Shown piece after piece: positions 54,890-64,000 of a DNA stretch of 64,000 bases. The stretch's first letter is position 1; each line of letters starts with the position of its first letter. The notes below the pieces were generated by a model that had not been told where the DNA came from, made no database searches, and saw only the letters and a list, made by a program, of their open reading frames with translations. Origin of the DNA: Epiperipatus broadwayi (Eukaryota > Animalia > Onychophora); the NCBI GenBank assembly GCA_028023455.1, contig JAQFVV010000010.1, positions 7,130,001-7,194,000 of the forward strand, read 5' to 3'. A program made the translations under genes and the position numbers.

Positions 54890-55350
54890 TCAAACCACAA
54901 AAACAATTTGATACATTAAACAATAAAATATATCAGCAGTTGTAATATAAACATTACTAAAGTTATACAACTTGCATTTACCACCAAATAAATATAAAAA
55001 GCAAACATTTTGTATGCATTCAGGACAATAACAAATACCATATCTTCTGCATAATAAAGATGAGCTAAAATTTCTGGCAGTTTTGTGACAACTTCCAATT
55101 AGCAATGACCAAATTTGGAGGATGTAATATAGTATCAGTTAATGGCAATAGTGAAGATGTCAGTTTCATTGACAACTTATTATTTTGTCTGGGCATCCAT
55201 CATTAAGCCCACATTTGTTAATGTCATGGTTTCAGATCTAACTTAGCCGCTATATATTAGCATATTATTCTTCTACAATAAATGTTCTATCACATACTAT
55301 GAGTTGTGATAACTAATTGCCTCTGGTGCACATCACTAAATTCATAAATA
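54890..55350 (-). mobile_element. Degenerate LINE RT remnant
   Basis: ILAHLYYAEDMVFV (YADD-like), followed by LVVNAS. A GLxxGCP-like motif lies upstream. Confidence 0.45.
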
Positions 55351-56546
55351 AATAGAAATTTTACATCCCATTATCTGGGTAATTATTAGATGACTATTTC
55401 CAACAAAATAAAGCATAGTCATTTATTGATGTATTCCAACAATATAGACTATAAATCTACTTTTCTTAATCAGTTCTAACAGTTGATTTTTCATTCACTG
55501 AGCAAATGTGACATTACTGAATATTTACAAGTCCCATTGAATTGTGGGATAAAATAATGATCACTCAAATTCAAAGTCAACAGAAATATGTTAGCACCTC
55601 CATATCATGTTCAGCTGACTGCATTGCCATGATGACAGAAATGCAAAATAACATGAAGATTCATCTATTTAATTAATGTATGGTTTTAAAAATTAAATAT
55701 TAATTATATATATAATAAATTTCATGTAATACTTATTAGATAGGTATCTACTTAATTTATCTATATAATTCTGTAAATTCTATTTTTAAACACTTACATA
55801 TCTACATTTTTCAAATATTTTACCAAGAGACAGAAGCATCTAGATAGATCTGCAAATAGATAAATAATTTTAGCACCTTTTTTTTTGTGCATTTGTACAA
55901 TCTTTGCAATTTTTAATAGTGCAGGAAAGATTCCAATTTGTAATGATTTATTAAGTAAAGCACTAATTGATGATGTAAAAAATTAGGAACTTTATCCTTG
56001 AATGTGCTATTTTTAACTTTCAAGTTATTTATGCTACTTTTCAACCATAGTTTCTGGAATTCCATTCATTATTGTAAGAAAACTGGATTGATACATTTAA
56101 ATATATATACTGTTTATTACTTACCAAGCCAAAAATACCAAGCAAAATATTTTGAAAAATCTGATACTTTTAACATCTTTTATATTTTTAGATTTTCTAA
56201 TAACAAAATGTGTATTAATATCTGTTTCAACATTTTATGTATATTATATTATATGGACTGCAGGAAAAAATGTATTATAACTGATAGAAGTCTTTGATTT
56301 ACTTTTGAGGAACTGAGTAGAAAATATTAGTAATATCCATTCCATACATTTATGTCATTGCAACTATTATTATTATTATGTGATTATTCATATGGAAAAC
56401 AAATATGAATGGAGAGTTTGGTAGTTTTTACTTCAGAATCTTTCTTCTCGGTTGCCTAATAATTTTTAACTGAAACATCACTTGTGTTTGCTTAAAGACA
56501 GCATAAATATATGTGTGTGTGTATGAATAATCATTCTTTTACAACT

Positions 56547-56721
56547 TCCTTAAACATTTTAACAATACTATTTTTTATAGGTAAACTTTATTCTAACAGT
56601 TTTGACTGTCCTCCAATCATCATCAGACCTCAGCTCTGCTCTTTACAAGGACTTCTGGACAGTCAGAACTGTTAGAATAAAGTTTTCACATAAAAAATAG
56701 TATTGTTAAAGGGTTTAAGGA
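56547..56721. mobile_element. Palindromic family 3 element, internally deleted
   Basis: Arms are about 65 bp. The minus strand has CTGATGA T GATTG-GAGGA-CAGTC AAAA CTGTT AGAATAAAG. The right arm lacks CUGANGA. Confidence 0.75.
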
Positions 56722-57779
56722 TATTGAAGTCACAAGTGGAACAGGATTCAGTACAAATAAGAAAATGAAAGACATTGTGAAAATTGATGATACAACATAA
56801 ATTATGGTAAGTTTAGTTATTTAATTTAATAAAAAATACCAAATACAGACACCCAACAAATTCTCATTCTGATGAAGAAATAGAATTTTTTTATTTTGAT
56901 GTACAATATGTTTTAATAACAATTTAAAATTATAATGCATGATTTTATAGCTAAATGTAAAAAACAATTGGAAGATGAAAATGAGACAGAAATAAAATCT
57001 CTATATTAGGAATTCTTATTTCAAAAAAAATACAATGCAGAAATGGTCAAGGAAACATTAAATAAAAGTATAGCAAAGTTGAATTATGTTTGGACCAAAA
57101 GAAAATAAGTATTTCAAGACTGTAATATACTTAAATAGATTTAACAGAGGAAGTGGTCAATGATTACTAAAATATAAAATTGGAGACAGTCTATTGTATT
57201 TAATCTAGAATTTGAAAATCATTTAAATATATTAATAGATTTTGATGATGTAAAAAAAATCTCTTCTCCTTGATTTACAATTTATTCTAAGTAGAATGGT
57301 TATAAATTTAGGATCACAGATTAATTTCAATGATCACAGCTGGATTTGCTCTCTTAAGATTTTAATTGCAAATCTATCTAAAATTGTAAATAAATATATT
57401 ATCAATTAGACATTTCTTTTAACTCAACCATGATATTTAGGAATTGAGTGCAGAAATAATATCTCCTAAAACAAATTAATTATCAAAATAATTATTAGTC
57501 CAAAAAAACAACAATTGATAAACAAATTTCCAAATGAGATAATACAATGTATGAAGAAAAGATGGAATAGAAAAATATTTTTAAATAATCCTTTTAAAAA
57601 AAATAAATATCTGGAATTATGTAAAATTGTATTTTAAAAGGGTAATGATTTAAAGAAATATTAAGTCTCAAAGATGTAAAAATAGCTTGCTAGTGGAAAA
57701 AAAGCTATTTGAACAATAAGCAGAACATCATCCTAAAGTGTAAAAAAAAGTTCTAAAAAGAACTATAATATATAGGGTA

Positions 57780-58200
57780 TATAAGCACAGACTTTCACAT
57801 GACCCACCACTCTCCATGCTATCTCATAACACTGATACACTTGAATACATATATGTTGAAAAAATAATCACCAATAAAACGTATTTCATGCTAAACCAGC
57901 AATCATCAGTTAGTCCAGATTACCATCTCTACACATATATGCTATAAGTGCTCAGATATATATTAAGATAGCCAAACCTCATACTTTAATGGACAGGTTT
58001 CAATCGACTCCACACTCCAACTCTTCAACCATCCATCCAATTGAAAATCTGATGATGGAATACTCAAAGGCCACTCTGAGGATGAGATTCTTCTCACACC
58101 CATGTTGACCTAAGGTCAATCTGACCCCTTGTGTACAGGATGTAAACCATTTAATACCTATACAAGGGATGGGCAGGGGATGAAAGTATGTGCTCATATA
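57780..58200 (-). mobile_element. Family 2 element, longest copy, with hammerhead motif at 57866-57921
   Basis: AATCTGGA CTAA CTGATGA TTGCT-GGTTT-AGCAT GAAA TACGTTTT A TTGG TGATT. The rest aligns with 14023-14270 and with 35.6 kb. Confidence 0.8.
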
Positions 58201-58559
58201 CCCTATATATTACATATATAGACACAGATATATAATAAGCCTGTGTGTTTCAGTTAAAAAGAACTATAGTAATAAAGAACAAAAAAAAAAAAAATTATCA
58301 TATGTTTGAACTGCCAAGCTTTTAAACATAGAGATAACACATGCAATTAAATAAAAAATAAGAAAGCTACAAGAAATGAGAGAAGTATTTTATATATTAT
58401 AAAATAAACTAGTAAACAAATAGAAAAATTATTGATAATTAAATATCAAATACATTTATGCTAATCATGTATCAAATGATCAGAAATATGCTATCAACAT
58501 TATTACTACTTATCCACAAAAATATTGGACTGAAATCAAAAAAATAAATTAGATTTAAA

Positions 58560-59460
58560 TGGTTAGTACAATACATCACACCCAAGTATTAAGAGAAAGA
58601 ATGAACATTATAGTTTGCATTTGTAGATCTTGAAAAGGCATTTAACATAAGCATTTCTACGATGATTAATACTTTGAACATCATGAGATAAATTTAGAAT
58701 ATTCTCAAATTCAAAATGCAACAACTAGAATGATGACAGTAATAAGGTTAAGAATGTATGATAATTAAAATGAAAAAAATATAAAAATACGAGAGATTTT
58801 ACAATTGGCGTGAAGTTTGGAGTTTCAAAAATTGATATAAGAATTATCAAATTGTCTGATTTTTCACAAGATTAATAATCATAAATTAAAAGATAATAAT
58901 TATAAATATTTTAATTAGTAATTGTAAAATAAATGATAACATAATGGCTGATGTTAGTCATAGCTTTATACATGGATGAATAAATATTCTTACTAAAAAT
59001 AACTTACATATACCTAGACTTGAAAATAACAGAAGAGCAATGTGAAGAAATATATTGAAAGTAATAAAAAAAGGTTCAAAATTTTTTGATATAAATATTT
59101 TACCAGAATATGAGGCTTGGACAAAACTTTCGAGAGATGCAAGTTAAAAGTAACAAAAAGGAATTGAAAGCAAAATAAGTGGATGGAAAAACAAACAGGT
59201 AACACTGACATCATTAAAAAAAATAAGAGGCTGAAATGGAAATGAGATAAGCGGAATGCTAAAAGAAAATGAGAATGGGTGGATAATTAAAATCATAAAC
59301 TGGATTTCAGATTATTAAAACCTGTAAAAAGACTAAATGTAAGATGGATGGATAAGGAATTTTACTGAAGTGATGTAGAGAAGCTAGAAAAAAAGAAACT
59401 GGATTAAATATGGAGAAATCTTCACTTTATGGATCAATAATGACTGAAAATGATAATGAT
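58560..59460 (+). mobile_element. Degenerate, internally deleted RTE LINE remnant
   Basis: FAFVDLEKAFN near 58615 and KQTGNTDII...RLKWK near 59190-59240. Confidence 0.6.
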
Positions 59461-59644
59461 TTAAATGCTTAACAAGCTGCCAATAACTGATCGTTATTAA
59501 ATAGTATAATATTCAGTTTTTGTTTTCTGAAGGAAAAAAAATGTATTAAAAATATATAATCTATCAGCTTAAAATATATAGAGAATACTAAATTCAAGGG
59601 GATAGAGAATTGTGATATAGTAGTTATTATTGTAAAAGACTCAG

Positions 59645-59790
59645 AAAGAGACCACATGTGAGATGGATGGATGAAATAAGAAAGTGTGCAGGGTTGATGT
59701 GGAGAAGAGAAGCTAAAGATCGGAGATGGATTGAACTTGGAGATACCTTCGTCCTGCAGTGGATTGATAATGGTTGATGATGATGATGAT
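59645..59790 (+). mobile_element. RTE LINE 3' terminus
   Basis: RPHVRWMDEIRKCAGLMWRREAKDRRWIELGDTFVLQWIDNG-stop, followed directly by (GAT)n. Confidence 0.85.
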
Positions 59791-60899
59791 ACCTGTCTCT
59801 AATCCTATGATCTGAAATTCAAATAAATATTTCCAATAAAGTTTTGCAGTTTTTTCAGGTAACTAACCTAGAACCAAATCACATTTTCAAATTATTAAAT
59901 GACCAACCTCGTATTTTATTCTTCATTATTCTTCTATGGAGAAGTGCTATAAAGATGGTTTTGGAAAGCAATGAGCAATACAAAATAGATTGTAAATTAT
60001 TTTCACACTAATTATATATTTAAACAATACTATTTACTAAAAGTTGTTTTGCTTTCAAGTTTTAGCCATTTCCATTTAGATTTACACTATATTTTTATGT
60101 ACGAATTTGTATAACTTTTCATTTTGGTGTTCAAACAAAGTTAAGTATTTTCATTTTAAAAATAAAATAAACTTTTTTACTTCTTAACCTTTTAAAGAAC
60201 TAGCGATTCGACATAAAAATAGCAACTTAATAAATCATTACATTGTAATTTTGTAATTATGTAAAAGTCTAGAAAAAACAAAGCTATTCTCCTAATTATA
60301 AATGTACATATTCCTATTTTGATGGAGATTCTTTTTTGTTTTTTGTTCTAACAAAAATATTATTTTCATAATTTCTACTGATATCTTAACGATTATAATT
60401 AATTTGACTCTATAAATTTATCCATTAAATTTCCTAATGGAGACTACACAAATAATCAACAGGCATAAATTTAGATTTTAATAATTTGACAAATGCTATA
60501 TAACACTATTAGTAATGACTGTGATTAAGTTTAAAAAAAGTATTGCATCAACCAATTACTAATTTGGGAATTAAAATAGCCATTATTCTGTAATTATAAG
60601 ATTTTTTTACCTTTCTTCACTTCTAAATTTTAAAAAAGCCATATATTACTTTATTATTCATTTCTGTGTATTTTGTTTCTAACTCTTGTTTACAAACAGC
60701 TTACATTTACCATCTTCATTATTATTTTGATAATAAATTAGTATTACTATTTGCCTTTTAAGAACCTAGTTTTTTTTTTACATATATAATTCAAAACAAA
60801 ATTCTATAGACAAATAATAATTATCAATCATATTAGTTTTTTTTTTAATATAAATCCAGTTGTTAAATGAAATGTGGAGGTGAATAAAATGCTAAGAAA

Positions 60900-61400
60900 A
60901 TGTAGACTAATCATATATTGTATGTTTGAGAAAGACAGACATATTGAAGCAAAGAATACTACCGATTGAAAAATTATCAATAAATGATTTAAAAAGATGA
61001 TAAAAATAATATCAGTTGTATTTAAAGTTTAAAAAAATGAAGAAAATATAAGGTAGTTTGAGTAATAATGAAAAAAGACATCAACGATTCAACTGATCTG
61101 AAGAATGGATAAGATTCCAAATGAAATACTAAAAGTTATAGTAAAATTGTATTTTATAAAAATTGATCTTATTCTTGGATTTATGACTCAAGAAACTAAC
61201 AATGTTCCTTCCAACTATAATTCCACTGAAAAAAATTCTTAATATTGTAATGCAAGAACTTTTGAAAAAAATTTTTTTTTCATCTTAATAGATCCAAACA
61301 ATGAAAACACACAATTTTAATAAGTTAAATCTGTTTATATTAATAATGGATTTGAGTTCAGAAAAACAGAGACTACTATCAATCTTTAAAAAACATTTGA
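60900..61400 (+). mobile_element. Possible LINE RT remnant
   Basis: DKIPNEILK near 61110 and a GF-R-like motif near 61350. Very decayed. Confidence 0.35.
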
Positions 61401-62423
61401 TAAAGTGAAATGCTTTGAAATAACATGAAAGATGACATCTTTTTTTTTTTTTACTTTATAGACAAAAAAATATCAGAATGATAAAGAGAAAACAAAAATA
61501 ATATTTATTTCTCAGCTCTAATGCAATAATGTTTGTGAATAACAACAGAAAAAAAAATGGATAATCCTTCCTAAAATTTAGAACAAAATAAAAACAAAAG
61601 TTATGAGGATAAATGAAAATGTGCTTTGCATAATTTAGCACAGTGACAGACTGAGTCAAAAGCTTGATAATAATAATAATCTCAGTCTGAATCACTTGAC
61701 AGAGATTGTTAAACTCAATTAAATGCATGAGTATTTGAATGACTCATTACAGAAAGTTATAAAACAGGTTACATAGAAAAAAAAATATTTTTTTAAAAAA
61801 TTACTCTCAAGATATTTTTTAGCATAAGAAATTGTGATGGATGAAATTTCACAGGATAAAGAAAAAAAAACATTAAAAATTTTAAGAAAAAGTTACTTTG
61901 TATATTTAAAGATCAGAGCAAGAAATAAGTAAGTCATGAGTAGTGTGCAGGATCTAATTAATAAGATAAGTCATGACTATGAATTTTTCTTTATATAGAT
62001 AAAATATTATTTTCATAAAGGTAACTTGTGGGATTTCTATAACCACAGTTGTTTCATTTCTTTCCATCACATTAAAATTGTATTTTTCTTTAGTCAATGC
62101 ATTTAATTCATTTTACCAATTCACATTTACCTAGAATCTTTGCCCTCAACTTTAAAAATAATTAATATCCATTTACTAATTTTCATAAGTCCACTATATT
62201 GTTTATAGACTAGCTGCCTAAAAACTATTAATGCTCTGCTTTGATGACAAGCTAATATTAGCAGTTTTCATTACAGGTTTCGATTATTTTCATAACAAAT
62301 GTGAAACTTGTGGTTTCCATTTTGAATCAAAGTACTTTTATTCTTTTCAAAATGATCATTTATCTTTAATGATTTTTATAAAATAAGAAATGTTTTTTAT
62401 TGTTTTAATTTAATAGTGTTTTT

Positions 62424-62523
62424 TTCTCATGTGTCATAGCATCAGCCGGGAAGCGAACCCGCTATCCCAGGACAACTGCTTGTGAAGCAGCTGTCGCTGA
62501 CCTCTCGACCACTAATGCTTGAC
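62424..62523 (-). mobile_element. tRNA-derived SINE with near-complete cloverleaf and 13-bp TSD
   Basis: GCATTAG TG GTCG-AGAGGTCAG-CGAC A GCTGC-TTCACAA-GCAGT TGTCCTGGGATA GCGGG-TTCGCTT-CCCGG CTGATGC. TAATAGTGTTTTT is duplicated at 62411-62423 and 62524-62536. Confidence 0.85.
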
Positions 62524-64000
62524 TAATAGTGTTTTTACTATGGAGATTTTTATAATAATAAATAATTGTATTGATGAATTTTTATAAAGACAATGACAAA
62601 TATCTTTTCTTTAAAAATTATTTAATCTGCTGACAATGAATCATTGGTTTCAATTGTTTGCTTAAGGCTTTTGCCTACTTTCAAAATCAATTTCACAAAA
62701 TTTAATATCTGAAATGCAATCAACTTGCATTATTTTTAACCACATTAAAAAACAGAAAACAATATATGGATCAAAAATTAATAATACAAATATCTTCCTC
62801 AATGTTTATATCTTCAAGGCACTTGTGTATTTGCCGATTTGGCAAGGATGGAACTGGTTTTTGTTCAAATATACACTTTCAGGGGCCATTCAAATTTATT
62901 AAAAATTCCATTCAAAATGTTTATTTAAAGATTTTTAATTTATTTAGACTTTAACGTGTAAAAGCGAGATGCTGGAACCATTTTTGTTCTCTGTCAGCAT
63001 CTTTCTTTTTGTCACTATCATTTCATTTATGGATTTCTTTTATTTACTTTTGTTTATATAAATTCATTATATACTTAAGAGAAAAAAAAATCATTAACAG
63101 TGCAAATATTATAAAAAAAAATTGCCATCAAATCTCTTTAAAATAACAGTAATAATAATAAAAAGCAACACTGAAAATATTAAATACTATTGCTTGTATT
63201 CAGCCATTTTATTTCAGACAATTTCTATATGTCCCTGAAAGTATATAATTGAACAAAAAACTGCTTCCATTCTGGCCAAACTGGTAAATACACAAGAACC
63301 TCTTTCAATTTCAATTAATAATTACAAAATCACTAAATATAAAAAGTTCACACTAAAACTGAATATAAGATAGAGATCACTACTGTTTAATGCAGAGAAA
63401 TAAGCTAGTAACGTCATGGTGGCAAAACACATTTAAAACTTGGAAATCAAAATGAACCCTTGTATATATAAATAGTAATTATTAAAAAGAAAAATTGATA
63501 CTTTTTGTTGTGATAATGCTAGTTTTAAAATCATTGAACTTTTTTTTTTTTCAATGAATCTGAAATTAGATGATTCCTTCGAATGGGATCAGGAGATGAC
63601 TTAATATCAAATCTATATCACATTAGCAATGTGCAATGATTTTTGAAAATTATAATTATTGCTGCAAAATACAATGATATATTTACACAATTTTCAGAAA
63701 ATGTAGAAACAATAAAATAAAAATAAAATGATTTGCTAGAATAGAAGATAATATATTCACATACTTTTCAATAAAAACTGGATTTTTTTCCAAATATCCA
63801 ATTCAAAGTCAGTGCAATTGATTAGATATTTTTAGCTGATAGGCAAAAATCTCAAAATAATCTGAATCATTAAGCAAATTATAATACAGTGCAGTCATTA
63901 CTACTGAAAATGACTGGTAACACATATAGGGGTGCTAAATAATTGTTTGCTTTTACCTTTTATTTTTGAAAATAGCAAAATTTGATTGAACTATTAATCT

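Noticed and set aside
62438-62518. Functional tRNA-Val(CAC) gene
   Set aside because: It has a TSD, an A tail and a second dispersed copy. It also has a long variable arm, a G49-G65 mismatch and an atypical T loop, so it is treated as a SINE.
1430-62954. The remaining short ORFs (60-100 aa) in the supplied track
   Set aside because: Low-complexity F/I/L/K/N/Y-rich translations are expected by chance in very AT-rich DNA. They have no motifs and no consistent splice structure.

Overview
Very AT-rich, repeat-dense eukaryotic DNA. The TE content (RTE LINEs, piggyBac, Tigger-type MITE, tRNA SINEs, a probable Helitron) and CpG decay suggest an insect genome, possibly hemipteran; this is inference. 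No complete protein-coding gene can be supported. There are only a few candidate minus-strand exons (about 4.6-5.0 kb and 24.9-25.1 kb), and most listed ORFs are chance or TE remnants. The main result is three unrelated repeat families carrying minimal type I hammerhead ribozyme (HHR) motifs (CUGANGA, stem II, GAAA, palindromic stem III, cleavage triplet, stem I). (1) A ~380-bp tandem repeat at 9.1-10.4 kb with an internal inversion, resembling non-LTR retrozymes. (2) A dispersed element of roughly 0.5 kb, with copies at 14.0-14.6, 35.6, 38.9 and 57.8 kb. (3) Palindromes of 175-270 bp at 18.5, 26.3 and 56.5 kb; the 26.3-kb one is near-perfect, has two intact cores and a putative 13-bp TSD. All five inverted structures are head-to-head with the ribozyme strand pointing outward, as expected for Penelope-like-element (PLE) type retrotransposition. 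Most cores are disabled by transitions at the single core CpG. All of this was read by eye; nothing was computed or searched.
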